The notes: a model not told the origin generated them from the sequence alone. Shown: positions 25,395 through 38,735, counted from the whole stretch's first letter. The stretch: DNA of 63,880 nt, filler included, from Choristocarpus tenellus KU-1152 (GCA_964200185.2; 11 parts of 11 records of this genome joined end to end with filler, not necessarily neighbours in it); one strand, 5' to 3'. Numbers and translations are program-made.

Positions 25395-26438
25395 CTGTAG
25401 CAGGTGCAGCACATGGAGAGGAACATTTGACCATTTACAGCAATGAAAAAATGCACATGGCACGGTTAGCTGACGGAGTCCAATCATCCATCCATCCATC
25501 CATCCCTCAACCTCCGGTAGTGCGAGGGTAGAGCATTGAATCAATAGAGTGTAGAGTGACAACACTCAAGTTCAAGTGTATCATACATCTGCAGCTTCAG
25601 GAGGGGATAATAAGTTCCTCGTGGTGTGAAAACGTGCGAAGTCATGCCAAGTAACACAGTAGTATTGACAAACTGGAGTACAGGGATAGTGGGAGTGAAG
25701 AGAGGCTTCGTAGTGGTGCTTTGCATCACTTTGGCCATCGTCAGCATTGCCACACATGCCCTTGCATAGGTGCCTGGCTCAACGAACAATGGTACATAAT
25801 ATCTGACCTTAACTTTATCCTTAACTTTATCCCTAACCCCGTCCCTATCTCTTGCTGCAGGTCCCCTTACATACCACCTATCGGACAAAGAAACTGAAAT
25901 ATATTTGCTCTTCTTCTAGTTGGAGGAGGTTCTTGAGAGTGGTTTTGGTTTCTCGACCTTTGGAATGAGTGCATGCTCTTCCTGTAGAGGGGTGAGTGGA
26001 AAAACTACCAGAACCACAACATGCAAACATTTACACCCACCCCCTCTCAAACGAACACACACCGAGAGGGAGCTAGCTCTTCTGATGCTGCCCAAAGAAC
26101 AAGTGCCCACATCTTCAGTGCAGGAGAATCAAACTGATATCCCACTGTGTCCTCCCCACTTGCGACAGAAATTTGGGAACACTACTCCCCACAAACAGGA
26201 AAACTCCTACAGTTTTGGAGGAGATGCCCGTACTGGACAAGGAATGCATTGAAACATACATGTAGGTCCATGGCACTCCCCCCCCCCCTTCCGTTCAGAC
26301 CTGCTCATCCTCCTTGCTGCGGTGTCCCTCTCCAAGGCNNNNNNNNNNNNNNNNNNNNNNNNNNNNNNNNNNNNNNNNNNNNTTAATTAATTAANNNNNN
26401 NNNNNNNNNNNNNNNNNNNNNNNNNNNNNNNNNNNNNN

Positions 26439-26491
26439 AAAATGGGTGAAAAACGGCCGCCGACCCCCCCCCCCCCAAGATACTTTGACCC
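26439..26491 (-). mobile_element. MITE-like family C end
   Basis: Reverse complement GGGTCAAAGTATCTT + poly-G + TCGGCGGCCGTTTTTCACCC matches the sequence from 60973 onward. Confidence 0.7.
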
Positions 26492-26930
26492 TATTCAAGG
26501 GCTCACAGGGTTACATATATTTTAGCATTTTTCAGCTATTCCTCGTCTCTTCCTGTATGTTATTAGCATATTCGGTTCATTTCATATGTGCTGCATGTAT
26601 AATATGGGCATACTTCCTTGTTGCACATTCATATATATATATATATATATATATATCTGTTGCCCCTCCACTATTGCTTTTTTCATCCTGGTTACTACTC
26701 CGGAAAATATGTTTTATTGTTTGCATTACTAAAATGGAGGCAAATATATCCTATTGCCTAAAAGTGAAGTGTAGGCCAATGTATTGGTAGAAATATTCTG
26801 TTTCGTCCCATATCTCCACCTCTCTATCTTGGCATGACTCACCCTCCCTCCTATCTGTATCACACAATCAATTCCTCATCTGTTCCATACTTGGACCTCG
26901 TTGCTGTGCCATTGTTATACTCCTCCCAAG

Positions 26931-27056
26931 TTGAGGATGCTGGAGACTACTGATCCCTCGACCCTGCTCAGAAACCTGCATCGTTTGCAGCACAGCAGCA
27001 AGAGTCTGTCTGGGAAAGAGGCAGATGTGATTCTCAGTACTGTCCATAAGGCCAAG
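26931..27056 (+). CDS. UvrD/FBH1-like SF1 helicase, exon ending in motif V (ADVILSTVHKAK)
   Basis: AAG acceptor at 26928-30, GTGAGG donor at 27057; splices in frame to GLEFD. Confidence 0.85.
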
Positions 27057-28603
27057 GTGAGGAGTAGAAGGGTGCTTGTGTGGAGTTCATTTCCCTCCTT
27101 AGTGAGGTGGGTTGTTTGGAAAGGTGTTGATCGATGAAGGTCTGCTATATCAACAAGGCATATGTTTGTAGGCGATTGAGGCGTTTATTTGAGCATGCAC
27201 AAGTGTACAGATCCTCGTTTTTGTATCAAGGTGGCTTAATATTCCATTTCTGCATGTACAGTATCTGCAGTGTCTCTACTTTAAACTGTAGTTGTACTCT
27301 GCACAGTCAAGGATCACTGCCTTGCTCCAACACCACTCGAAAGTCACTGCAATGGGCAATATATTGTTGCAACCACAGACCCCTTCAACTTGAAATGCAG
27401 TCCAAAACAGACTCATGCTTATGACAGCTGAGAAAGTGGGGAGATCTTTGTGTGAAGACCATTATTATGATTACAATATGTAAGTTTTGATGCAAAAATT
27501 TAAGTGTTGTAATATGAAGTAAGTGAGACAAAGGAGGGCTTGTACATCCCCCGGAGAGAAGATGCCAAGTAGCGATGATCACAAATGAGCATGAAAGGTG
27601 ACTACTCCTTTGTCATTTTTTTGGTGGATGTGCTGTATGGTATTCATGGCTGGAGAAAGAAAACTGAGCTATATGGGGTTCCTGCATAGTAATTTTTGCG
27701 AATCACAGGACTCTCTGCCCTTCACTGTCACTTAGCATCTAATTTCAAGGTACATTTTTTTATGGTATGATGCAGTACAAAGGTCGAAGCAGAACTACTC
27801 ACATCATGATGGAGGACTTCAGTTTGTTGGTTGTATCACTAAGTTCGTCGCTATCTATGAATATTGCAGTCATAGGCTCCCTTGCTCGTTAGTCATAGCC
27901 TAAGTCTGAGCCATAGCAGTTGGTATATTGATAGTCTGTTTTTTTAGACGCATTCAAGTCAAAATTGAGAGGATTATTTTATCATTCGGTGACGTGTATG
28001 TATCCAATACGGCATGTCACATTAGGCTCACACATGCTAGCACACCTCAAATGGTCATATGCTTATGTTGCTCAGTGGTGAGTTCTCATTTCTGAGTACT
28101 TGCGGTGAGGTTCAAATGATGCAGGGACTGAGGGGGGTAGTAGTAGTGCTTCTCCCTTACCTGTCTTTTCATATTTCTCCTCTTTTGTTGGTAGGGGAGC
28201 AGGAGAAAGGACGTAATAGAGATGGTCAGATGTTCACAAGTTGGGTGTTGAAGGTTGCCACTTCATCTCTCTGCGGAATATAGGTGTCAACTTTTAAAAA
28301 TAGCCCATGTGTGGTTGCTGGTAGGAAGCTTTTTGTGTAGGGTGATTGAGTCGTCAGCAGGAACAGCACTAAGTGCTATGTGCATGTAGTGCTGAGGAGA
28401 AGAAAGCTCTGCATAGTTCCTAGTAACAATCTTTTTGAGCTTTGCGGTTACTTGTAAATTTTGTTTACCAGCGATTTTGTCCCAGAGAAGCTCCAGTGGT
28501 ACAACATCATTCAGAACAACAAACTTCCTCACTTGGAGTGCTACATTTTCCTTAGGATAGAATCCGATAGTAACAGTCTGCAACGAAGTGGTTTTGTCAT
28601 ATC

Positions 28604-28833
28604 CAAGTTTTGCCCTTTTTGTCCGTTTGGGGCTTGGCTTTCCACGGATTTTTATAACATTTTCGTACTCACAAATGTTTCGGAGTAGATAAAATAGTAT
28701 AAATTATGAAAAGGTGTGTCCGCAACAAGGACATCGACAATTCCTAACGAACACCATAGTCAAAATTACATCAAAATCGCAACTTTTGATATTGGCCCCC
28801 AAAAAGACGTGACCCTCTAAGATACTCTGACTC
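28604..28833 (+). mobile_element. MITE-like family A, 5'-truncated, inside the helicase intron
   Basis: Internal homology to other family A copies plus the CCCTCTAAGATACTCTGACTC end. Confidence 0.8.
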
Positions 28834-30609
28834 AGTATGACTTTTTGCGTAGGTTGGTAAGTGTCCCAGCTGTCGTATTTTGAATGACACCATTATCAAT
28901 CATTGTCAGATTGTCAGCTTGAATACAGGCAAAGGATTAGTGTTGTGAACCACGACAATTCGATTCATTTAGTTGGAAAATAATCGAGATCGTAACGGAC
29001 ACCTTAAGGTTCATCTGTTGTTTTCAAACCCTTGTGGTCAGTGCTCAACTAGCTAGTCTTCAAATTCCTCACAATGCTCACAGTTCCTCAAAACCAACTC
29101 GTAGCGCTTGGCACTCTCATGTGCGTACGTTTCGATTCAAATGAGAAGATTGAATCATTCCGAACGGATGTAAGATATGTTACATACTAAAATAGTTTAT
29201 TCGCTCCACTAGAAAATATCCGTAACCATGCATATAGTCTTCATGTACACAAGAGATAATGTATGCAGACGTTCTATACGTCAAGTAGTCCTTTGGTTAA
29301 CGGGGACTTCGTAGGGACACACGCGTAATGTATAATCACAGTCATTTTGTTCAATGTTGCATTAATACAGTGCTTGCAGATCGCGATGATTTGACGGTCG
29401 TATCTGGCACGTCTGCCATGAGGAATATCCCTTACCCTAATCCATTGATCACCACCTTGCACATCAATCCCTCTTGTGGGAGTTCTTCAAGTCGACAAAG
29501 CGTATCCTTCGCTTGATAGGGTTTAGTATATTTCTACTCTGGAGTACATGCAGTTGTTAATGTTCACGCATCTGCTACTCAAATTGGCAATGCGATTGAC
29601 TAGGTCCTTGGTCATGTTTCAATTGTTATGAATTGGAAGAAACATGAGTATATTTTTGATTGTGAGTATATTGAATTGACTGAAGAATTTGTACGATCTC
29701 GATTTTTTGAAACGTACATACAACATACGAATTGAGGACACCGAGCTTTTCGAATGGAGTGTGCACCGCATCTTTATGTGACGGTAACCAATTGGAAAGT
29801 ACCACTGACTTTCTGCTTCGATTTATCGTGATTTTATCGAACAATAGCAATTCAAATGGTACAATTCACAACACTATTTGGTTGGCTTGAAAGGATTTGA
29901 TACACTTGATTAAATCGAAGTGTGTAAGGCAAGGCACCTGGATCGAAGATCAGTGCAAGTTCGTCATGAGAACATTTCAAGCGAATCAAGCAGTACACAT
30001 ACGACATAATAATTTAATAGTTGAGACATTTTTTTCACGATCGCAATTGTTCTTTATCAAGCAAATTGACTCCAGTCAATCGTTGCAATACACAAAACTA
30101 GTTTCTTCTCTTCTCATTTAATCACGAAGCTATTGCTTTGAATGAGCAAGACCTCACTACCAAGAAACTCCGTTGACTTATATTGCATTACTCTCATGTA
30201 AATATAATCCGTTGTCATTATTTTGGACTTTTTTTCGAAGCCAGCCCCCTGTGCCCCAAACCTGTGCACCTGTATGTTGATGATTTTTAATATTATGTCG
30301 CAGTATGACCTGAGGATATAGTGGACCTGCGCGTGCTAAATGTTGACACAAATCCGAGACGTCTTTACTACATCACTCTGTCCTGTGCAGCAACCAGAAA
30401 GAGGTAGAAAAAGATACTCATCCTTTTTTTTAGGTGCTGGGGTGCAATGAAAACCTCACACCTGAGGCACTATTGTCGGGGTGTTCAGGTCCTGAATGTC
30501 AGTCCTCTAGCTCGTGTAGAACTTTCATAATCCTACGACATACCTGCTGCAGCCAGAAGCTCATCTCATTTCTGAGTTCCTCCTCCTATTTGTGCACGGG
30601 TGTCACTAG

Positions 30610-30717
30610 GGATTGGAGTTCGACACAGTGGTGCTGGCAAACGATTTTGTTGACTTGTCTACACTTGATTGGAGTGGTGGTAGGCCCAGAATAGTGTCTG
30701 GAGGGGAAGCGGAGGAG
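30610..30717 (+). CDS. UvrD/FBH1-like helicase exon (GLEFDTVVLANDF...GEAEE)
   Basis: TAG acceptor at 30607-09, GTGAGG donor at 30718, 108 nt; completes HKAKGLEFD. Confidence 0.88.
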
Positions 30718-31171
30718 GTGAGGCTACTTTGAACAAGTTTGTGACGAATTTCCTGCTTTTGCGTTGGTTTTATGACCTCTTCCAGTATGCTGTTGTAGCT
30801 AAAGGTAGAGTAGTGATGATTATTATACAGCAGCAGTGCCCAGGTGTACCATTCTAGCCATGAATGAGTAGAGACTGGACCTTTTGAAGGGTGGATTCAT
30901 GGAGTAACTCGGGATGCCAGAATACTAGAGGACTTTGCTCTCCTTACTATTGGCAGTATAGTTGTGTCTGCTTTGATTTTGCTGTGAAGCCAATCTGGGC
31001 AACAGCAGATTTACTTTCGCAAACAGTTATCTCTCTAACGAGTTCAGCTACACACTCTTTTTAGTTGCCATTACCAGACGTCTGCCCTTCAATCATTTAC
31101 ACACACTTTACCTCAATCCAAGGCTCCTATGCTTAATCCGCCTGACCTCACATGATCTCCTCATTCCCCAG

Positions 31172-31708
31172 GTAAATATCCTCTATGTTGCGGTAACACG
31201 AGCAAAGCGCCGATTGGTACTAAATACTCCTCTTCGATGGCTCCTGCTCCGCCTCCAAGCATGGGACAGCGTGTCCCTCGGGGGACTTCAGGTGCCTCTT
31301 CAAGAAGCTCCATCAACATTACCCTTGATTTTGTCAGGCTACGGGTCAACCCCTGTATTGAACAACCCTCAAGTGGTCTCATCTATGCCCCCTGCTCATG
31401 ATCTTAGGGGAGCAGCTACTGTCACATGTCACCTGTGTGGTAGGGGGACATCAGGAGGTTGTCCAGGTGGACTGAAGGGTCGTAACATGGCCCCCACCTT
31501 TGTACAAGGAGGGTTAGAACGTGATAGTGCTGGAGGGAAGGATGAGTCTGATTTGGGAAGGGAACCTCTTCCTTGCCTTTTGTATATGGGTTCTGGGTCC
31601 AACACACCCCTATGCTGGAGATGTGTGGAAGGAGTGTTGAGACAGACAAAGACAGGGGAAATTATCAATACATCATCGTTTTTTTACTTTGGTTCTCTTG
31701 TGTCCTGA
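31172..31708 (+). CDS. UvrD/FBH1-like helicase last exon (motif VI NILYVAVTRAK, then a tail with CHLC...CWRC)
   Basis: CAG acceptor at 31169-71; spliced product reads EE-VNILYVAVTRAKRRL; stop at 31708. Confidence 0.88.
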   Translation, partial: VNILYVAVTRAKRRLVLNTPLRWLLLRLQAWDSVSLGGLQVPLQEAPSTLPLILSGYGSTPVLNNPQVVSSMPPAHDLRGAATVTCHLCGRGTSGGCPGGLKGRNMAPTFVQGGLERDSAGGKDESDLGREPLPCLLYMGSGSNTPLCWRCVEGVLRQTKTGEIINTSSFFYFGSLVS

Positions 31709-32014
31709 ATGGGTGCATCTGCATGTAACTACTGCTGCTGTGATTACATTCAATAGTTACAAGTAGCAACACTTTTGTGCGTTGAAGGGTGGTGCTGTAG
31801 AGTATCTTTTATGTTATTTATATACGGTGTGCATTATTTTGTTGTAAGAATAATAAATACCCCGCTCTTACAGGGATGGAAAGGGTGTCGGGGCAGTTGG
31901 AGCAATTGAGGGGTGGCTCGATATGGAAAAGTTATTAATGTTCCATAATTCAGCATCCTGTGTCATGTGTCTGCTTGCATGGGCCTTGGTTCGTGTTCAT
32001 ACAGCTGTAAGAGC

Positions 32015-32150
32015 GGCTCAAAGTATCTGGGGGGGGGGGTGGCTGTCCATTTGGGGTTCATTTTTCTATTTCGTGGTTTTTGGGTGAATTTGGTTGCATG
32101 AGTCGAATAGATAATGTAAGTGCACTTCTCCTGGTTAGGGCCCGAATGTT
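32015..32150 (-). mobile_element. MITE-like family B, partial, opposite orientation
   Basis: GGCTCAAAGTATCTGGGGGG...GGCTGTCCATTTGGGG...TTTGGTTGCATG. Confidence 0.75.
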
Positions 32151-33384
32151 CCATGTGATACACACTGCAGCAGGGGTGGTAGCGTCTATTGATGTCAGAA
32201 ACAAAAAAAGGAAATGCATATTAGTAGTATGTCGTGACATTCTCTGCCCGTTGAAGTCAGAAGTGGATTAGTGGTTTTGCACACACTGCTGACTAGCCAA
32301 TTGAGAGGTAGGTAGGTTTGGACCCTTCTATGTTCTAAGCCATCTTACCCTGTGCAATACACTCTGTTTCATCGCTTAATGTACATAATAGTGTACGCAA
32401 AATTGATGTTCCCCCTTTCCCCACACAAAGTGGTACCGCAATTCAGTCGAAGGCTCTTCTCCAATTGTACAAAACGACGTATTTTTACCCTTTCTCGGGA
32501 TCCTTCAAATACAACCCTGTCTACCTCTCGGTTTGACTCTAACCCATTTCACATTTTTTCTGGATTTTGAGTGGAGTCCAACATTCACATGGCCCACCAC
32601 CTTGCATATGTGATGAATTCAAGGGGGATTACTGCATGCATTTACTTCGAGGTGTTCTTGAAACAATATTGGTGGGGTCAAGATACAAGGAAGGACCGAA
32701 TGACTTAACTATCTTCCAGACAACCCTTCCTCTCATTTGTCTGCTGATGCATGGGAGTTTCAGTTCAACAGACAACCGTAACCTTTCTGTAGAACTGTCG
32801 AGATTCTTAACAGATTGCTAGAAAGGAAGACCAAGCATTTCAGAGAGCAATACCGGCAAGATCCAACAAGAGGTGGATCTTCCGTTTGTGAAGTACAGTC
32901 TTAGACCTGAGTCTCAGAAACTTCGTTGTACCCACAAGGCAAAACTTCATATAGTTTCTCCAGAACAGTTAAATACCCTAAAAGGGGGGGGGACACCCTT
33001 TCTACCGAGCAAAGCCAGATGGGGACAGTACGTTTCATTAGGAACGACAGGAATGAAGACACAATGTAGGACGACTGCACCAGCTGTGTGGGACTTTGAC
33101 TTAATATGTTGCGACACTAGTGGCAGCTATTGTATAAAATAGTTTTAGGTTCTACTGAAGTATTTTTCATCATTTCTTACAATGATGTTGTAAGTGACAT
33201 CGGACTTTTCGCACTGCCAGTACAACTATTTATGTTATTATTACTACTAAAACAATAGTACCAATGCCATTAATGAAGAATACAATAATCTAGTTGTAGG
33301 AAGAGGCAAGCATCACATCACACGCCACCCACAAACACGTATGTACATTGTCGTGGAAACTGTTCCTCAACATATTTTTCCCTC

Positions 33385-33440
33385 CAAGCCCCAAATGGAC
33401 AAACAGGGCAAAACTCGTACCCTCTAAGATACTTTCACTC
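33385..33440 (-). mobile_element. MITE-like family A terminal fragment
   Basis: CAAGCCCCAAATGGACAAACAGGGCAAAACTCGTACCCTCTAAGATACTTTCACTC. Confidence 0.8.
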
Positions 33441-33760
33441 AGGTGCGTGTGATCTATGTTGCTGCAGTGAGGTCCTGCAGTCGTGGGGTAAGGTGCATGT
33501 TTGCGCCAAAGTCGCATAGTAGGCTGATTTTCTTAGTCTTGTCTGTGGGGGAGGACGTGTACCAAAGGATGGTCGAGGCAGCCTCAGCTCAAGATAAGAC
33601 CAAGACAATCAACCTACTATGTGACTCTGGGGCAAGCGTACACCTTACCCCACGACTGCAGGACCTCACTGCAGCAACAGAGATACACGCACCTGCACCT
33701 TTGGAAATAAAGGCACACTGGACGCACAGGCAATCGGCAAGATAGTACTGGTCACTAAAT
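33441..33760 (+). pseudogene. Copia aspartic-protease fragment present as an inverted duplication
   Basis: INLLCDSGASVHLTP... (DSGA motif), followed after a frameshift by TFGNKGTLDAQAIGKIVL; 33441-33542 is the diverged reverse complement of about 33592-33694. Confidence 0.65.
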
Positions 33761-34118
33761 ACATATAAACCATGTAGACTTCCTAGCCTATTATGTACAG
33801 AACTCAAGTTTTCTAGGGCTGAGCTTACCGCAAGGAAAATTCCCCATGATACCAATTAGCAATTTTCTTCAGCAATTTTGAATTGCAATTACTATATTTT
33901 CGTTTTGCTTTCGTACCGTACTGATTCTCAGACCCAAGTATACCTCATATTGCTGTCATTACCATGCTACTCTTCACATATGAGCAGTCAGCCTCTGGAC
34001 CACACACCACAAAGGCAGAAAGTTGACACAACGCAAGAGTAACGTAGGGCAATAATTTTAGTTGACAACAAAATGTCGTCCACTACCCGCTTGTGTACGT
34101 CATTCAAAAGGGTGATAT

Positions 34119-34199
34119 GACCCAAAGTATCTAGGGGGGGGGGGGGGGGCCAACCCATAAAGGTGGTTAGGGGCCAAAACAGCCAAGATAACATTTCAT
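34119..34199 (+). mobile_element. Element end with the same terminal motif but a different interior (family D), cut by the gap
   Basis: GACCCAAAGTATCTA + poly-G + CCAACCCATAAAGG. Confidence 0.55.
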
Positions 34200-34633
34200 N
34201 NNNNNNNNNNNNNNNNNNNNNNNNNNNNNNNNNNNNNNNNNNNTTAATTAATTAANNNNNNNNNNNNNNNNNNNNNNNNNNNNNNNNNNNNNNNNNNNNT
34301 AGTAGTCTACGCAATTTACCTACATGTACGATGCATTCGATTCAAGTTTCAACACATACTCGTGTGACACATCATCTTCACAAAGGGACTGTTGAGCACA
34401 CTATAGTGAACCCAAGGTTCCTGTTGTGGAGTGGTCCCTTTCTGACCAGGACAACAATATCTGAGGTGAATATATAGTTTGGAGTTGGGGAGTCATATAG
34501 ACTGTGGTCGTGGAGATGTTAATGAAAGCTTCAAGTTTCCTCGTTTCAATGGGTTTGAAGACACTATTCAATTTTTTTATGAAGCTGAAACACACCTCAG
34601 GATGAGGAACTGTGTATAGGTTAGAGAAGGACG

Positions 34634-35056
34634 ATGGGGTGCAATTCTCCATCATTCGCTGTAGTGGACACCCAGCGGAAGGGACATGCATGCAAGTTCC
34701 CACAGGAAGGTCCTGTGGCAGCAAAGAGTGGCAAGGACTCTAATGTTGTGACCACAGGCAGGCCACAAAGGGAGTCCAGTGGGGGGGAAGGACGACCTGA
34801 TCGTTACTTTTACGCGGATGAAGGCTCCTACGGAATGAGAAATGGCGGAGAAGGCGTGGTCTCTACTAACATGTATGTTGCACAATCTCCGGGCTTTGGT
34901 TTTGTTGCACAAATCGGGGTCACCAAGTGGCGATTGGGCGGGCTCATGACTGAATACATGTGTGTGCAGGAGATGAACTCCACCATTAAATCGAGTTACG
35001 AGAACCTTCAAGTCAGGGAGGGAAAATCGGCAAAGTCCGTGAAAAGGCATGTATAA
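34634..35056 (+). pseudogene. Decayed Copia gag-protease region
   Basis: KGHACKFP (eroded zinc knuckle) followed by KWRLGGLMTEYMC...SYENLQVREGKSAKSV, resembling W.LDSG.T.HM....Y...V..G.G. Confidence 0.4.
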
Positions 35057-35149
35057 CTTGACTCCATGACGATACTGAATGATAACATGTAGGAAAATGG
35101 ATATATTGTTCAGCGGACTTGTCCTTACACCAAGAGACGAAACCTACTA

Positions 35150-37160
35150 TCAAGGGGACTATTAGTCGCAAGTTTGGGACAGGGTTCAGATGTCTCTAAA
35201 TAAGGTATTTGTACTTGACTTTGGCCGCGGAGAATTTGAATGTCCACCTGATGCTGCCCATTATTCTCAAGCACGTACTGTTAGTAGGATTGAAAGACTT
35301 GAGTAGTATAGATGTCAGCACCTTCTGTTACAGGCAAGGAGCGCAAGTATTGGTTCTTGCATTCTAACCAATGCAAGCAGTAAGCGTGCACACAGACCTC
35401 CAAAATGGGGAAGTCTGATTTGCTATAGCTACGGTGTAAAATCTGTAACTTAGAATAAAGGAAAGATCTTCAGACGAATTACGGCGTCTGAAAACTCGAT
35501 AGGAACAAATTTGATGGATTGAGGTTGCCCGCCAGCTCAGTTCTTGTTTTTTTCTAGGGTACATCCACTTTGAAAAGAACTATACCTTCATCTGCTGACC
35601 TGGTACCTGCCATACTCACTGATTATCAGGCGATCGGTATCCCTTAGGCGTCCTGTACATGCGTCATTGCCATCTATAGGCTTGTGGACTGGGGCTACAC
35701 ACTCTTTGGAGGTAAGCTGTGGAGGTCCTACGTTATCTCTTCAAACTGGAGAGAATACTCAGTTTTCACCTGACGACATGGGATTTTTTGGTAGCTCCCT
35801 ATTATGACCTGGATTTATGCATCGTGTTGTCATCTCCTTGGGTGGTCCTGGAGCGCTCTCTCATCATCTGCCCCTTCTGACCTACAGAAAAGGGCCTGCA
35901 TGATGGCATCTGTAGCTCCAAAGGAGGCACCATACACCTTTGCTGGAACGGGTAGTCCTGGACCCCTATGTTGTGGATGTTGCTTAGGTAGCTATTTCCG
36001 GCCATCCATGCACTGACATTTTTGGGTCTTTGCTTTACGTTGTTCCTTCTTATTCCTCAGGTCTGCAGACATACCTGGCTCACAGAGTCCGCAGGGAATA
36101 ATGATTTGGAGAGGTATGAGCCCAGCACCACACCTTGTGAGAATTCCCACAGTAGCCTTGGCCGGTCCACGGAACACAGAAGCAAGTCAAAAGAGTGAGT
36201 TCACTTCCACTCCTCCACCCGTGGTAGATCCCATTTGAGGCCGAGATCCTGAGATAGGCACTACAAGCATGACTCACGGAGGAGGAGAGATGAACACAGA
36301 AGCTGAACCCGTTCGCTAGAACATTGTAGCCAAGTCAGAGATTCCTCACCAAACAGGTCTGTCCCACCAACGACCACCCAGAGAGAATGCATGTTTACAA
36401 TACGTAGTCACAGGAGAGTAGAAGCGCAGCTGAGAAGCGAAATTAATGAGCTACACAAACAAGCAGAGTCGAATCAGCCCAGATTTGGCAGACAAGAAAC
36501 AGATAGAACCACCAGCAACCTAGACACGTGCTACGAACAGGATTGCATCAAAACTATGGAACGCATTCATACGAAGCTCGGGGATCCAGCCAAAGGCCCC
36601 CTGTTCAGGGGGAATCAGCAGATAACTCAGCCCCCATCATATCTAACAATCCTGTTTTCCTCGCTGACGATCTCACTAAGGTTCTCGGGAGATTTCAAGG
36701 AGGAATGTCGGCCTTACTCAAGTATTGGTCCAGGAACCATTGTACATCACGTTAAAGTATCCCCCGAGTCGTGTATGGATAGGAGTGATAATTAAAGGGA
36801 TATGCCAAATGTTGTAGAGGAGTAATTATCTTAAGCAGGGGGGGCGACAATAACCTTAAAGCGCCATGGTCAATAGAGCCAATTCCTATCCATTCATTGA
36901 TGTACAAGAGCAAATATCGTTTTACCAACTAATATCTCTTGCATACTGACTCAACATCTATACTATTATTTATCTCAGATACAGTTGGGAAATTCTATTC
37001 GAACACATCACATCCATGCAGCGATAACCTAACACCTTTCCGCATCAAGCTCTTCGAACAACTCTTGTTAAACTCTCTTAAGACACACAGTGATCTTCTG
37101 AGCGCCTCTCCAATAATCGAGGTCCCAAAAATTTTAAGGTTCCTCGAGATGACATAACAG
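35150..37160 (-). pseudogene. Heavily decayed non-LTR (LINE) ORF2, AP endonuclease + reverse transcriptase
   Basis: In minus-strand order: LLYNI, LGGYFN (GDFN-like), YSLRTL, FGATDAI, GPPQ, SADE (YADD-like), KYKYL; many stops and frameshifts. Confidence 0.45.
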
Positions 37161-38735
37161 CAACCGAGTGGGTTCGCATTTTGGTGAGATGATGCACCCT
37201 TTCCTATAGGCAGTAAAAAAAATCGCGCTAAAGACCCCCATGAGTCGTTTGAAGACAGAGAAGGGAGAGTCTTGGAGGGCTAGGGTCAACCATCTGGTTT
37301 TCCTCTACCGTACATATACCGTAGACTCACAGATGCCTCATATTTGTGAAGCTCCTTTCTTTTGGGGATACATTGGTGAAGATCAACTCACTGAGTTGTA
37401 TTAACGACCCTCCCAGTTCTACTCCGTAATGTCTTACACCAAATAGTAGTTCAAAGCATGGCGTTTTCCTTCCCCAAACAGATTATAATCCAAATTGCAA
37501 TTTCCCAGAATACACACTCCTTTGGGAAACGAAATTGTGAAATGGGGAATCAAAGTTGAATGGATCTTTGATGTTTTATAGAGGAAGTGTCCAACAGGAG
37601 GAACCAATACATATTTGTCTCAGTCAACTCGAAAGTTCCAATACCTAAGTCACATGAAGGAAAGATTCACACTGCACTAGGTAGTAGGCACACGGGCAAT
37701 GTTTTGCTAGCATGTCCCATCCTTTGGCCGCGCCAGCCGAGACCATGGACAGCAGGAAGATACTGGGATTACCACGTAAGGACAGGACGTCGATGCAAGA
37801 AGAGGGAACAAGCTGAGTTCGCTGCCTCACCAAAAAGTGGTTGACAGTCCACCTTCCCTTCCACGGCCTTGGCCGTTGTGATGAGACTGATTCTTCTCGT
37901 GTCTTTAACTTCCATTCATCAGAGCATGACTGTTCTCCGTTTTGGATGCAGTAGTAGTCATTGAAGTAGTTGATGCGTATCTCTAATAAATTTCCTTTTT
38001 TCTAGATCTTCTGGAGACAATGAGCTCCAAGAGGCAATCGTGCGTATCTCAGTGTCATAATGAGATCCCAGCACACCCAGAAACTGAAGAAGCAATAGGA
38101 GACGAGGTCCATCGCCATCATCTGTTTCTGTAAAAACTCGAGTTCTGTTAGAGTGAGGAGTGGGTTCACATCCTTCTTGACATTCGAAGAGAAGAATCGC
38201 CAAAATAAATCCTGGCTGTTGCCCACCACTTTCAGAATAAACCAGTTGCTCACAGCCATATAGAGCTTGCTAGGGCTCAGGTGCATGCAGCACAGACCCT
38301 CTGTGGCAGGGGCAACAAGAGCAACCGTAAGAAGCACAGTACGCTTCCTCAGTTATCTAAATATCCTTTTTACTAAATCCATCAGCCAGTTGTTCCTCAT
38401 GGAATCGCTCCAGATTAATTGGTCTTGGGGCAGTGAATGCAGGCAAATAGTGAATGTACAGTGCACCTTAAAACTCCTTCTCCGATGACAGCCTGCAGAG
38501 TCGTCCAACACTTTGTGAGGTTGGGCCTTTGATTGCTATCGTCTCTTGTAGGGAGCAAGACCAATTCCAGACCTCGGAAACCTTCACCCACAATTTTTGG
38601 CTTAGAGAATTAAGGTGGGGGGGGGGGGGGGGCTTACACCGGGGGGTCCATTCCGCTCCCTGCCGGGGCGGGGGATGCTATATTAATCGCCGGGCAATGG
38701 NNNNNNNNNNCCCCGCGATTGGTGTTGTTAGAGAT

